DNA of 64,000 bases, taken from the NCBI GenBank assembly GCA_963827685.1, contig CAWHBU010000002.1:256001-320000 (forward strand), in the 5' to 3' direction. Under the pieces are notes generated by a model. That model worked only from the letters and a program-made list of their open reading frames with translations, was not told where the DNA came from and made no database searches. The position numbers were made by a program, and so were the translations under genes. This DNA is from an uncultured delta proteobacterium (GTDB taxonomy: Bacteria > Desulfobacterota > BSN033 > UBA1163). Positions 10,301 through 20,260 of the stretch are shown here, piece after piece (the first letter of the stretch is position 1; each line of letters starts with the position of its first letter).

Positions 10301-12709
10301 ATGAAGGTTAGTCTGAATTGGATCAAGGATTATGTTGAGATTCAGATGGATTTAAGCGAACTGACCCATGTTCTGACCATGGCTGGTCTGGAGGTCGAAG
10401 GGGCCACTTCCGTGGGAGAAGGGTTGGAGAAGGTGGTCGTGGCAGAGATCCTTTCTATTCGAAAGCACCCTAATGCGGACCGGCTTACATTAGTGGAAGC
10501 CAAGACCCGTCAGGAGACTTTCTCTGTTGTCTGCGGTGCGACTAATATTCGGGAGGGGCAGAGAGTTCCTTTAGCCCTGATCGGCGCCCGGCTCCCGAAT
10601 GGGATTGAAATCAAGAGATCTAAGATCAGAGGAGTCACCTCTGATGGAATGCTCTGTTCGGAAATAGAGCTTGGCCTTGGTCAGGATGCTTCTGGCATCA
10701 TGATCCTTTCCCCCCATGTTCCGCTGGGGGTAGAGTTAGGCGAGGCGCTGGGTGTGAAAGACACTGTTCTTGATATCAGCATTACCCCCAATCGTCCGGA
10801 CTGCCTCTGTGTGATTGGAATAGCACGGGAGATTGCAGCTTTAACTCACCGGAAGATGAGGTATCCGATTTCTTCTTTGACGAATCAAGGAAAAGAAATC
10901 CACCAAAAAACTTCTGTGAAGATTTTAGATCCCGATCTGTGTCCCCGTTATGTGGCAAGGATGATTGAAGATGTGAAGATCGGTCCTTCGCCCGATTGGA
11001 TGAGAGCCCGATTGGAAAAAGTAGGGATGCGTTCCATCAACAATGTGGTTGATGTGACCAATTATATCATGATGGAATATGGCCAGCCCCTCCATGCCTT
11101 CGATTTCGATTTTTTGGAAGAGGGCCGAATTGTTGTTCGGAGAGCCATGGCGGGTGAGGAATTTGTTAGCCTGGATGGAGTGACAAGGAGCCTGGATGGG
11201 GAGATGCTCATGATCTGCGACGGTGTAAAACCCGTTGCCATTGCAGGTGTTATGGGTGGCCTCAATTCAGAGATCAAAGGGGATACCAAAAGAGTCCTTC
11301 TGGAAAGCGCCTATTTCGAACCGGTCGGGAATAGAAAAACTTCAAAAAAGCTTGGTCTGGAAACGGAAGCAGCCTATCGATTTGGAAGAGGGATCGATTA
11401 TGAAGGATGCCTTCCTGTAGCGAACCGGGCTGCGCAGCTGATTCAGGAATTGGCAGGGGGAAGGGTTGTGGAGGGGGTGGTAGATGTCTACCCCATACCG
11501 ATCAAGCGGAGTCCCATCCGTTTGAATATCGGGAAAATTCATCAGGTATTAGGAACCGAGGTTCCTTTCGAACAGGTGATGAATTACCTGGAAGATCTGG
11601 AGTTGAAAGTCCAGAGAGAGAATCATGATGCCTTTGTGGTGACCCCTCCATCATTCCGGGGGGATTTGGAACGGGAGATCGATCTTATTGAGGAGATTGC
11701 CCGGTTGAACGGCTATGATCGGATTCCGATTACTCTTCCCAAGAGTCCTCCTTCTGACGAGAGAATAAGCAAAGAGTTTCTTTTAGCAAAGAGGGCCATG
11801 GAGGTAATGACCCACCATGGTTACCACGAGGTGATCACTTACAGTTTCACGTCTCCCACCTCATCGGACCTCATCAATCTCGGCCCTGACGATCCAAGGA
11901 GACAGCACCTCCGGATTCTCAATCCTCTGACAGAAGATTTTTCTGCCATGAGGACGACACTGATTCCGGGTCTGATGGAAATTGTGCGCTATAATCTCTC
12001 TCGAAAAAATACCAATCTCAAACTCTTTGAATTAAGAAGAGTATTTCTTCCACAGGGGGAGGAGAGGCTTCCGAAAGAAGTAAAATTTCTGGCGGGGTTG
12101 GCCATGGGGTTCGACAGGGATCCCCATTGGGCCTTTTCTCCGAGGTCTGTTGATTTTTATGATATCAAAGGTTGTCTGGAAGATCTTTTGGATACCCTGC
12201 AAATTAAGGAAGCTAAATTTGTTAAAGTAGATGATATTCCTTATCTTCATCCGGGAAAGGCGTCGAAGATCGTGCTTGGTGATGAGGTTTTGGGGGTGTC
12301 AGGAGAAGTCCATCCACAGGTGTTGGGTCATTATGAAGTTCACGGAAAGGTTTATCTATTTGAAATGGACTTTAGCAAAATGGTGAAATGGGGAGGAGGG
12401 GAGAAGCGGTTTCAGCCGCTGCCAAAATTCCCGGCGGTTTACAGAGACCTTTCTCTGGTGGTCGAAAAAGCCTTAGAAGCCGAAAGAGTGATGGAAACGG
12501 TTCGGACCTTCGAGCAACCCTTTGTCGAAGAGGTCACCCTCTTCGATATTTATCAAGGGCCCCCTATCCCAGAAGGAAAGAAAGGGATTTCTTATCGAAT
12601 CCGATACCAGGCGAATGACCGGACGTTGACCGATGAAGAGGTGAATCAATACCATGAAAAGGTCCTCTCCAGATTAAAAGGGGTCTTTCAACTCGATTTA
12701 AGGCAATAA
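10301..12709 (+). CDS. pheT: Phenylalanine--tRNA ligase beta subunit
   Basis: HPNADRL, ITPNRPDCL, NNVVDVTNY, DLIEEIAR motifs and C-terminal FDX-ACB domain. Confidence 0.97.
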   Translation: MKVSLNWIKDYVEIQMDLSELTHVLTMAGLEVEGATSVGEGLEKVVVAEILSIRKHPNADRLTLVEAKTRQETFSVVCGATNIREGQRVPLALIGARLPNGIEIKRSKIRGVTSDGMLCSEIELGLGQDASGIMILSPHVPLGVELGEALGVKDTVLDISITPNRPDCLCVIGIAREIAALTHRKMRYPISSLTNQGKEIHQKTSVKILDPDLCPRYVARMIEDVKIGPSPDWMRARLEKVGMRSINNVVDVTNYIMMEYGQPLHAFDFDFLEEGRIVVRRAMAGEEFVSLDGVTRSLDGEMLMICDGVKPVAIAGVMGGLNSEIKGDTKRVLLESAYFEPVGNRKTSKKLGLETEAAYRFGRGIDYEGCLPVANRAAQLIQELAGGRVVEGVVDVYPIPIKRSPIRLNIGKIHQVLGTEVPFEQVMNYLEDLELKVQRENHDAFVVTPPSFRGDLEREIDLIEEIARLNGYDRIPITLPKSPPSDERISKEFLLAKRAMEVMTHHGYHEVITYSFTSPTSSDLINLGPDDPRRQHLRILNPLTEDFSAMRTTLIPGLMEIVRYNLSRKNTNLKLFELRRVFLPQGEERLPKEVKFLAGLAMGFDRDPHWAFSPRSVDFYDIKGCLEDLLDTLQIKEAKFVKVDDIPYLHPGKASKIVLGDEVLGVSGEVHPQVLGHYEVHGKVYLFEMDFSKMVKWGGGEKRFQPLPKFPAVYRDLSLVVEKALEAERVMETVRTFEQPFVEEVTLFDIYQGPPIPEGKKGISYRIRYQANDRTLTDEEVNQYHEKVLSRLKGVFQLDLRQ

Positions 12710-12836
12710 GCATTGCCTAGAAAATAAATCATTATCCAACTCCCTCATTAAGGGGGAGGATAATACCCGGTAATTGTCATAGTAAGTGGGTGATAAAGTC
12801 ATCATGTAAAATTGCTAAGAAAGGAGGAGGTAAGAG

Positions 12837-13133
12837 ATGACGAAAGTAGATATCGTTGAGAACATTTATGAAAAGGTGGGGTTTTCTAAGAAAGAGGTGG
12901 CTAAGATTGTGGAGTATATTTTTGACATCATCAAAGATTCTTTGATCAAGGAAGACAAGATCAAGATCTCCGGATTTGGAAATTTCGTGGTTCGAAAAAA
13001 GAGGTCAAGACGGGGCCGAAACCCGCAGACAGGGAGCGACATCGAGATTACGGCAAGGAGGATCTTGACTTTCAAGCCAAGTCAGGTATTAAAGGGAGCC
13101 CTCAACCGCAAGGAGCCCCCTCCATCATCATAA
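12837..13133 (+). CDS. ihfA: Integration host factor alpha subunit
   Basis: KISGFGNF and GRNPQTG motifs; canonical position after pheT. Confidence 0.93.
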   Translation: MTKVDIVENIYEKVGFSKKEVAKIVEYIFDIIKDSLIKEDKIKISGFGNFVVRKKRSRRGRNPQTGSDIEITARRILTFKPSQVLKGALNRKEPPPSS

Positions 13134-13265
13134 GGGTGTAAACGTATCGTATGGGTGGATAGCGGACGGGAACAATATTTGAAGAATGGCAAGTAAGATA
13201 TATTCTGTACCATGAGTCACGATTCACAAAACACGAATTGTCAAGTTATACTGAGGTGAAAAAAC

Positions 13266-13661
13266 TTGGCCAGAGCACTCAAAAGGCGCGAGATTGAGAA
13301 CGCCATCTCTCACGAAAGGCTCTATTATCGGATTGGAGAGGTGAGCCGTATTACGGGTCTTAAGGCTCATGTGCTTCGTTATTGGGAGTCGGAATTTAAG
13401 GTCATCAGACCTCACAAAGGAGGATCTTTGCAGCGGCTCTACCGGAGGAAAGACCTGGACCTCATCCTCAAAATCAAAAAACTCCTTTATGAGGAGGGGT
13501 TTACCATCGCTGGAGCAAAGAGAAAGATCCGGGATCTGGAGAGATTGGAAAACAAACAGACGAAATTGAAACTGGTAGAGAAGGGATCCGATGGAAAAGC
13601 TGATGAGTTGCTGAACGCCCTTCAGGAAGAACTGAAGGGGATCAGAAAGATGCTGGAATAG
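13266..13661 (+). CDS. MerR-family transcriptional regulator
   Basis: YYRIGEVS...HVLRYWESEF...LLYEEGFTIAGA; conserved ihfA-merR-tRNA-Pro synteny. Confidence 0.9.
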   Translation: MARALKRREIENAISHERLYYRIGEVSRITGLKAHVLRYWESEFKVIRPHKGGSLQRLYRRKDLDLILKIKKLLYEEGFTIAGAKRKIRDLERLENKQTKLKLVEKGSDGKADELLNALQEELKGIRKMLE

Positions 13662-13723
13662 TCGAACTTCATTTAGAAATCACTTAAAGATTTATTTTTT
13701 ATACAGCATTAAAAAGAGAGAGT

Positions 13724-13879
13724 ATGTCTAAAGTCATCATTGCCTTGCTCATTCTTGTATTTCTCGCCATCTTTCTCCTTCTATTTTGGATCATCGTCCT
13801 GGCCCTTGCCCTCCTGATCTTTCCAAAAAAGGGGAAAAAGAGAAGAACCCTTCTTCCAGAAACAGGGGGAGGTGAGTAG
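13724..13879 (+). CDS. Small hydrophobic membrane protein (51 aa, not in ORF track)
   Basis: MSKVIIALLILVFLAIFLLLFWIIVLALALLIFPKKGKKRRTLLPETGGGE; AG-rich RBS, long hydrophobic helix and basic tail. Confidence 0.5.
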   Translation: MSKVIIALLILVFLAIFLLLFWIIVLALALLIFPKKGKKRRTLLPETGGGE

Positions 13880-13949
13880 AGGAGGGCTGACGCATCTGTG
13901 ATTAAGACATTAAGGCTATAGACCTCAGACTTTAGGTTGAAGAGGGGAA

Positions 13950-14045
13950 ATGGCGAGAGATTATAAAAAGATAAAGGCATGCCAGCTGGCAGAGAAACTG
14001 GCACTCTTGGTATATACGAAAAAATTTCAAAAAAGTGAAATATAG
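13950..14045 (+). pseudogene. Truncated four-helix-bundle (23S-IVP/Avd-like) gene remnant
   Basis: GAGGGG RBS followed by MARDYKKIKACQLAEKLALLVYTKKFQKSEI*, resembling the N-termini of the ORFs at 30932 and 38210; flanked by inverted 7-bp arrays. Confidence 0.7.
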
Positions 14046-14215
14046 AGTTAGAGGAGTTTGATGTCTAACGTCTGAAGTCCGGTGTCTGAATTGCAGGTCG
14101 ATTAAGGTGAAGCTGGACTTTTGAAAGAAAATTAACTATATTAAAAGTTAATTTGGGAATTTTGGGATTCCTAAATCCTCAATCCCTTAATTCTTGAATT
14201 GAAAATTCTGATTAT

Positions 14216-14292
<77 letters not shown>

Positions 14293-14583
14293 TCTTTCCC
14301 CAATCTTTTCAATATCTTGTGATTTAGCCTCCACTATTAACTGATTATTAACCTTTTTTTTACCTCTCATGATGTCTACCAATCTACCTGTTCGATAGTC
14401 CGCATATCTTTGAGTCGTTGCAATACTTGAATGACCATAGACTTCCTTTAGTTCATCCAAATTATAACCATCATCCAACCGCTGCATCCCAAAAGAATGT
14501 TTTAGCCCATTATACAGATTGATTATTTTCGTTTTGTACTTTTTGTTAGCCAGTGAGCTTGCTCTATGCCAAATCTTTCTCAT
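14293..14583 (-). pseudogene. Tyrosine recombinase C-terminal remnant
   Basis: YNGLKHSFG...[17 protein letters not shown] resembles the HxxR / GH...Y catalytic boxes; N-terminal part missing. Confidence 0.8.
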
Positions 14584-14728
14584 CTTTTAGTCTCATCTTT
14601 TTTTCTGTACTTTGCAACAAAGGGCGACTTCTTATCAGGAAGACTTTTGCGATTTCAAGAGATTTCTAGATTTGAAGGATCTATTTTAGCAAGGTTCCGC
14701 GTCTTCATTGTCGGAGAAAGGAGGGAAC

Positions 14729-15028
14729 ATGTTACACAGAAAAACAATCTGTTTGCTCGTGGTCGTCTTTTTATTCCCTATTATTTCTTGCACCCGAATT
14801 TCCGAAGGGCCGAGCGAAAAGACCGTAGTATTAGGGCACGAAAAACTGCCCGCCTTAGACTCCATCCCTTTGGAATGGGGAAAATTGGTTTCAGTGACCA
14901 CGCCCCCAATTTATGAGGGTATTTCCCAACTTTGGTTCCAGGACGAGAAGGGCAAAGTTCGAATGGTAACGTTCGACATTAAGAATAGGTGTTTATTTCC
15001 TAATGCCGTAGTAATTTCTCGTAAGTAA
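14729..15028 (+). CDS. Hypothetical lipoprotein
   Basis: GGAGG RBS, hydrophobic signal ending IISC (lipobox-like). Confidence 0.6.
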   Translation: MLHRKTICLLVVVFLFPIISCTRISEGPSEKTVVLGHEKLPALDSIPLEWGKLVSVTTPPIYEGISQLWFQDEKGKVRMVTFDIKNRCLFPNAVVISRK

Positions 15029-15038
15029 GGAGGGAAGA

Positions 15039-15269
15039 ATGATGCGACAATTGACGAGCATTATGTGTCGGCTTCTATTGATGGTAGCATTTTTGTTGGC
15101 TGGCCTTTCTGGCTGGGAGAAGCTAGCCCAGCTGTTTGGATATACGATTCTTAGAGATTCTTACCAGCCATGGCGACTGTTGGAATTTTCAGCCATTGCC
15201 TTGCTTTTTGTTATAGCTCTCCAGTTGAGGGAGATCAAGATGTCATTGCGTGGACGAGGATCCGATTAG
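15039..15269 (+). CDS. Small two-TM membrane protein
   Basis: AAGGAGG RBS, two hydrophobic segments, follows the lipoprotein gene. Confidence 0.6.
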   Translation: MMRQLTSIMCRLLLMVAFLLAGLSGWEKLAQLFGYTILRDSYQPWRLLEFSAIALLFVIALQLREIKMSLRGRGSD

Positions 15270-15487
15270 AAATCAGTTCCTGCAGGATTTGCAAACGAGC
15301 CGCGATCACGCTCTGCTTTCGCGTGTTCCTAATTTGAGGGGCTAACCTCGTTTTCCAGTGTGACCTCTAAAATAGGACGGGGGCTTGAAACTCTGTCTTT
15401 GGTTGCTCCCATCCCGCTGCGAAGGCTTCTTGTCAGACTCTCCCCTGGAGGGCTGAAGTTTATTTTGCCCTCAGGATAATTGAAGCA

Positions 15488-15829
15488 GAGATCGACATCA
15501 AACCTGAAAATTGCCCAAACAGCATCAACCCCAAGAGCATGGGTAAACTCCCCGTTGCCATCCTGTCTACGGAAGGCTTCGATGCTCCTAATCAGCTTAA
15601 CCCCAACTCCCTCACCTTCGGGTCCACAGGGGATGAGCCAAGGTTAGCCTTCTGCAACCCCAAGGGAGAAGATATTAATGGAGATGGCTTGACAGATCTG
15701 GTCTGCCATTTCAACACTCAATCCACTGAGTTTGTATGTGATGATACAGAGGGTATTTTAAAAGCCCAAACAAAGGACGGCACGTCTATCGAGGGGAGTG
15801 ATTCGGTTAGGATCAATCCATGTAAGTAG
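15488..15829 (+). pseudogene. C-terminal fragment of a secreted protein (DIKP...SINPKS.GKLPVAIL domain with DINGDG Ca-binding loop)
   Basis: In-frame EIDIKPENCPNSINPKS upstream of the ATG at 15539 has no start codon; DINGDGLTDLVCHF motif. Confidence 0.55.
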
Positions 15830-15853
15830 TCTGAATCACCTTCTTGAAGCTTG

Positions 15854-15885
15854 AAGGCAGGGTCAGAAATGGCCTTGCCTTTTTT
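15854..15885 (+). terminator. Intrinsic terminator
   Basis: AAGGCAGGGTCA-GAAA-TGGCCTTGCCTT followed by a T-run. Confidence 0.75.
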
Positions 15886-16519
15886 ACTTATTTCAATCGC
15901 AAATTTTCAATTCGCCCTGTCGTGTGGAGCTGCGGACTTGTAGATGAAGTGTTCAATCGAGACTTATTCTGACGCCGTGTGTCAAATCAAGTACTGGCCA
16001 GGAAATGGTGAGTGAATCATCGGTCTGGTTTTATGAACTCACTATGAACTGAAATTCTCTTCTCTTGTAACTTTTTGAATATGTTACATTTATCTCTGAA
16101 GGGGCAAAGGTTCAAATCCTCTCGCCCCGACCATTTCCCTTTTATTTCGCTACTTTCATTTTTCTTTCTCCTATCGTTATTCAAGATCAAAGATTTTCAT
16201 GGATCGGTACAGGAAACCACACCTGTGTAACGTAATACCCGTCTGCGCGAAGCCCCGCCTCCAGAACCTCGCGCGGAAGGGCGGGTGTCCCGACAAAGGC
16301 AGGTAATTCGGCGTGTACGCGCGTACCCGTCCATCGGGTACATCCGGAAGTCAATAAAAAATGGAAATATTTTTCACTTTTTTAAATAAGCAATTCGGGA
16401 CTTATGTGAGAATTATTTCCCATTCTAAAGAGGGTGGTTTTCTACAAACGTATGTTTTGAAGCCAGCAATTTGTTGATAAGTTTAATAGGTTCTGATATG
16501 CTTCTAAAAAGAGATTTGC

Positions 16520-16534
16520 TGGTATAAAATTTGC
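16520..16534 (+). promoter_or_regulatory. Sigma-54 -24/-12 promoter
   Basis: TGGTATAAAATTTGC = GG-N10-GC upstream of the 16654 ORF. Confidence 0.6.
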
Positions 16535-16653
16535 TTCATGAACATGTGGAAGGGTTTACCCATCCCCAACCCGCCACCATGCTCATCCTGGGCTACGGCC
16601 CAACCGGCTTGGGAATCGGGGGTAAGCGAAGAAAATAAGGAGAGGATTACAGC

Positions 16654-16836
16654 ATGGTAGCCTACGAGTTCTACTGGCGCGACGAAGCAGAGAGAATCCA
16701 CTTTATAGGATTACTCCCGGAGAGAAGAAAAAAACCAGAGAGAATAACAGAAGAATCTATCCTGAATTGGGGGAAGAAGGTTGTAGGTGACAATTCGGGT
16801 GTCGATGATCTCTATTTCGTTCAGGTAGAATTTTAA
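16654..16836 (+). CDS. Small hypothetical protein (MVAY...GLLPERRK family)
   Basis: GAGG RBS, 60 aa, paralogous to the next ORF. Confidence 0.7.
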   Translation: MVAYEFYWRDEAERIHFIGLLPERRKKPERITEESILNWGKKVVGDNSGVDDLYFVQVEF

Positions 16837-16877
16837 CAACCAAGAAATAAATTGATGCATCTAATTGTCATAAACGA

Positions 16878-16906
16878 GGGTAGGGTCAGAAATGTCTCTG
16901 CCTTTT
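16878..16906 (+). terminator. Intrinsic terminator homologous to 15854-15885
   Basis: AGGGTAGGGTCA-GAAA-TGTCTCTGCCTTTT. Confidence 0.55.
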
Positions 16907-16988
16907 CTATCTATCTTTTGGCCGATAATCTCTAAGGGACAAGGTTCTATTAGAGTAAAGATAGTAGTGGATTTAAGCGGGTGATGAC

Positions 16989-17297
16989 ATGGTGGCCTAT
17001 AAAGTTTTTTGCAAGAATTATGAGCTTAAGAAAGGCGAGTTTATGGGTATGTTGATCGAAGGAAGGAAAGACATGAAGGGAAAGACCCAGATTGAATCTG
17101 GGTTAAGATGGGCAAGGTTGACATTTGGCCGTACGGTGAAAGATCAGGGGGCGATCTTCATCGTGCCCAATGATTTGAAGATGGGAAGCGATACCCAGTG
17201 GCTTATAGAGAAGGGGGTATTAACCAAACAAGAGTTACTTGGGATGGTTGAACTGATCGATCAAGAGATGAAGAGAAAAAGGGAAGTAGGGATGTAA
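16989..17297 (+). CDS. Hypothetical protein, paralogue of 16654
   Basis: Shared MVAY, F.G.L.E.RK and ES.L.W motifs. Confidence 0.65.
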   Translation: MVAYKVFCKNYELKKGEFMGMLIEGRKDMKGKTQIESGLRWARLTFGRTVKDQGAIFIVPNDLKMGSDTQWLIEKGVLTKQELLGMVELIDQEMKRKREVGM

Positions 17298-17382
17298 TCA
17301 TTCTCTTCCTTCAATATCCTATTTCAAGTAGTGATCGATAAAATAAAGGGGTATTTTGAAAGGATTTCCGTTTCTCCAATAT

Positions 17383-18915
17383 CTACGATGGCGGGTGTGA
17401 TTTCCGCAATAGGTCATCAACGGTCTTGACTGGATTGAAGGTCTCAAGAGGAACTTCTACAAAGACGGTATTCCAGAGGGCCATGGACCCATTCCACAGA
17501 CCGGGCAGTTCCAGCACCTTGAGTTCTCCATTTTCATGGGGTTTTGTGGAGATGGATACTGCACCCCTGTTAGCATAAAGGTTCAAATCAAACTTTTCAC
17601 TCCGGTAGTTTCTGACCCCACATACCAGGTCGACGGGATTGAAATGCGTGGAGTTTCTCCAAATATCTTGTTGTCCTTCCGAGTGTGGGTCTATTTGGTT
17701 TTGTTCTACAATCTGGAGTGACTGGGTTCCGTCTGTATCCTCGATCCAGAAAGGGCCTCCGCCAGGTTCACCCTCGTTTCTAACCATGCCGCAAACTCGG
17801 AGTGGTCTGTTTAACTTCTGGAAAATATGTTCTCTCTGGATGGATGCCGACTGATTCCTAAATCCATCGGGGAAGGACATGAATAGCTCTTCCCGGCAAA
17901 ACCGGATGATCTGTGATAGCTGCGCATCATCCACGCTTCCCCCATCCAGGAGATTTAGCATCCGGAAGATCTTATCCTGTAATCGGACAAGATATCCCCC
18001 AAGGATCTTCTTATAAAGAACCGTGATATCTTTCAGGCGGTCAGGAACGACATTGTCGATGTTCTTTAAAAAGATGATGTCACCGTCTATCGCATTGAGA
18101 TTTTGAAGAAGCGCACCGTGGCCTCCGGGCCTGAATAAGATTCTGCCGCTCCCGTTCCGGAAAGGTCTACTCTCCATGTCCGTGGCTATCGTATCCGTGG
18201 AACGAGGCTGTAGGGTTACAGCAACTTCATAATTTACCCCGAAGAGATTTTCGTAATCACCTCTTACCTGGTGGAGCAAACCCTTGAACTGAGATTCGTG
18301 CTCTCCAGAAATAGTGAAATGGATCTTGCAGACGTTCCTGTTATCTCTGACATAGAAAGCTGCTTCGACAAGATGTTCCTCCATGGCGGTTCGATTGTGA
18401 CCAGGATAGATGTGGAATTTTAGCAGTGCCTTGGGAAGCCAGGCGTAGTTAAGGCCCTTCGGGGTGAGGATATACTCCAGGATATCGGCGCACTTCTTAT
18501 CACGAACAAAGCCTCCAACATCCTTTCCGTCAGAGGCCATGACGTGCTTCAAGTTGTCGTAGAAGGCAAACTTGACGATATCCTGAAGAAATTTTGCAGC
18601 ACTTTCGTCCGAATCGAATCTCCCCCGACGGTAACAGCTTTCCCAGTCCTTGAACATGCGGCTGGCAGCACCTGAAGCCGGCACAAACTTGAGCATCCGT
18701 CCTCTCCTGGCAGCCTGGTTATGAAGGGAAACGAGGGGTTCCTTCTCCTCCTGGATTACCTGTACGATGCCATCCCCGATTCGAGCAGGCCTTATCAATT
18801 TGATGGGCTCCACTCCCCTACGGAAGATTTCGAGCTGTCTCAAGATCTCGGTGTGATGAATCCCTTTGGCCGCGATCGCTTTTAAATCCTCTTCTGAAAA
18901 AAACCTGAATGACAT
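17383..18915 (-). CDS. DUF4301-like protein (nucleotidyltransferase-like)
   Basis: KFVPASGAASRMFK, FRPGGHGAL, KNIDNV, GEPGGGPF, THFNPVDL, ELPGLWNGSM and TFNPVKTV motifs; GGAGG RBS before ATG 18915. Confidence 0.8.
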   Translation of the reverse strand: MSFRFFSEEDLKAIAAKGIHHTEILRQLEIFRRGVEPIKLIRPARIGDGIVQVIQEEKEPLVSLHNQAARRGRMLKFVPASGAASRMFKDWESCYRRGRFDSDESAAKFLQDIVKFAFYDNLKHVMASDGKDVGGFVRDKKCADILEYILTPKGLNYAWLPKALLKFHIYPGHNRTAMEEHLVEAAFYVRDNRNVCKIHFTISGEHESQFKGLLHQVRGDYENLFGVNYEVAVTLQPRSTDTIATDMESRPFRNGSGRILFRPGGHGALLQNLNAIDGDIIFLKNIDNVVPDRLKDITVLYKKILGGYLVRLQDKIFRMLNLLDGGSVDDAQLSQIIRFCREELFMSFPDGFRNQSASIQREHIFQKLNRPLRVCGMVRNEGEPGGGPFWIEDTDGTQSLQIVEQNQIDPHSEGQQDIWRNSTHFNPVDLVCGVRNYRSEKFDLNLYANRGAVSISTKPHENGELKVLELPGLWNGSMALWNTVFVEVPLETFNPVKTVDDLLRKSHPPS

Positions 18916-19162
18916 GAGGTGGCCTCCTTCTGGGTACGATCGTAGGTTTTTCTCTTCATTCCATATATATAACAAGATGGAAGATCGGACAAGGGGATCA
19001 GTCTTACCTGATTGCACCGTGAAACTTGAATGCGGCAGCAAGATCCTTGCCTAAAGTAATTTCAGAGACACAACCCTCGTTATTTGGTCTAAATTCCTAT
19101 AATTCTTCACCTATCATTTTTCAGTTGAACAAAACAAAATTTTGTTCTAATATTCATCGCAT

Positions 19163-20257
19163 ATGGAAACTGCGGGAAGAAAAATCTTAATTGTTGATGA
19201 CAACGCAGAATTTGCTGGTTTAATTAGAAAAATTCTGGAAAGAAAAGATTTTCAGGTCTCTGTTGCCTTGGATGGAAAGACGGCCATCGAAAAAGTAATA
19301 TCCAATATTCCCGAACTGGTTCTCCTCGATCTGAAATTGCCTGATATCCCGGGGGAAGAGATATTATTAAGAATCAAAGAAATTGACAAAGATATCGCCA
19401 TTGTCGTTATTACTGGCCATGGGGGAGAACAGGTAGCAGTCGATATGATGAGAAAAGGTGCAATTGATTTCCTCTCGAAGCCCATTGAACACGAAGTTCT
19501 TCTATCATCTATCAAGAATGCCTTAGAAATTCGTGACGCCCAAATTGAAGATAGACGGTTTGATCGGTATCCCTCCCTCGAAAGATTCTTTCCGTTTCTG
19601 GCACACGAGATTCGAAATCCGCTCCACGCCATTTCCGGAGCTCTTGCTATCATTCAAAGGCGATCGGATTTGAAGGATGAGATTCTGGCCCAGTCAATAA
19701 AAATTATAAATGAAGAGGTTCAACATTTAAACGAGTTCGTACAGGAATGTCTAAATTTTGTTCGGCCTCCCAATGTTGTTCGCTTGATTGGAGTGGATAT
19801 CAATGAGCTCATTTCTGTCGTGATGAATATTGTTTCACATATGTTTGAGTCAGAATCAAAAAAAGTCCAGATTATTAAGAAGGTAGATCCTCGGCTTCCA
19901 AAACTTCATGCCAATTATGAAGAGATCAAACAGGTCTTTTTGAATATTGTGAAAAATGCTTTTGAAGCCATGCCCGAGGGGGGACAATTTACCATAGAGG
20001 CTTGCCTTAAATCCGATTCTCAAGAAAATATGGAAATTACTTTTATCGATGATGGAATAGGCGTCAAAAAGGAAAATTTAGGCAGGCTTTTTAACCCCTT
20101 TTTTACCACCAAAATTAGGGGAACCGGTTTGGGATTAGCCGTCTGCCGCAGAATTATTGTCGAACGACATCATGGGAAAATTTATATTGAGAGCGAAGAG
20201 AATAAAGGAACGACGGTCAAAGTAGAATTACCGGTAGGCCGCCGGTCAGGAGATTAG
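19163..20257 (+). CDS. Receiver-histidine kinase hybrid
   Basis: Receiver (LIVDD, LLDLKLPD, KP), H-box LAHEIRNPL, NAFEA, FFTTK..GTGLGL. Confidence 0.9.
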   Translation: METAGRKILIVDDNAEFAGLIRKILERKDFQVSVALDGKTAIEKVISNIPELVLLDLKLPDIPGEEILLRIKEIDKDIAIVVITGHGGEQVAVDMMRKGAIDFLSKPIEHEVLLSSIKNALEIRDAQIEDRRFDRYPSLERFFPFLAHEIRNPLHAISGALAIIQRRSDLKDEILAQSIKIINEEVQHLNEFVQECLNFVRPPNVVRLIGVDINELISVVMNIVSHMFESESKKVQIIKKVDPRLPKLHANYEEIKQVFLNIVKNAFEAMPEGGQFTIEACLKSDSQENMEITFIDDGIGVKKENLGRLFNPFFTTKIRGTGLGLAVCRRIIVERHHGKIYIESEENKGTTVKVELPVGRRSGD

Positions 20258-20260
20258 GGT

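Noticed and set aside
941-13075. Numerous antisense and alternate-frame ORFs overlapping housekeeping genes
   Set aside because: They overlap confidently identified genes and show no recognisable motifs.
16108-16134. Second tRNA-Pro gene
   Set aside because: Only the T-arm and 3' acceptor strand are present; interpreted as attR.
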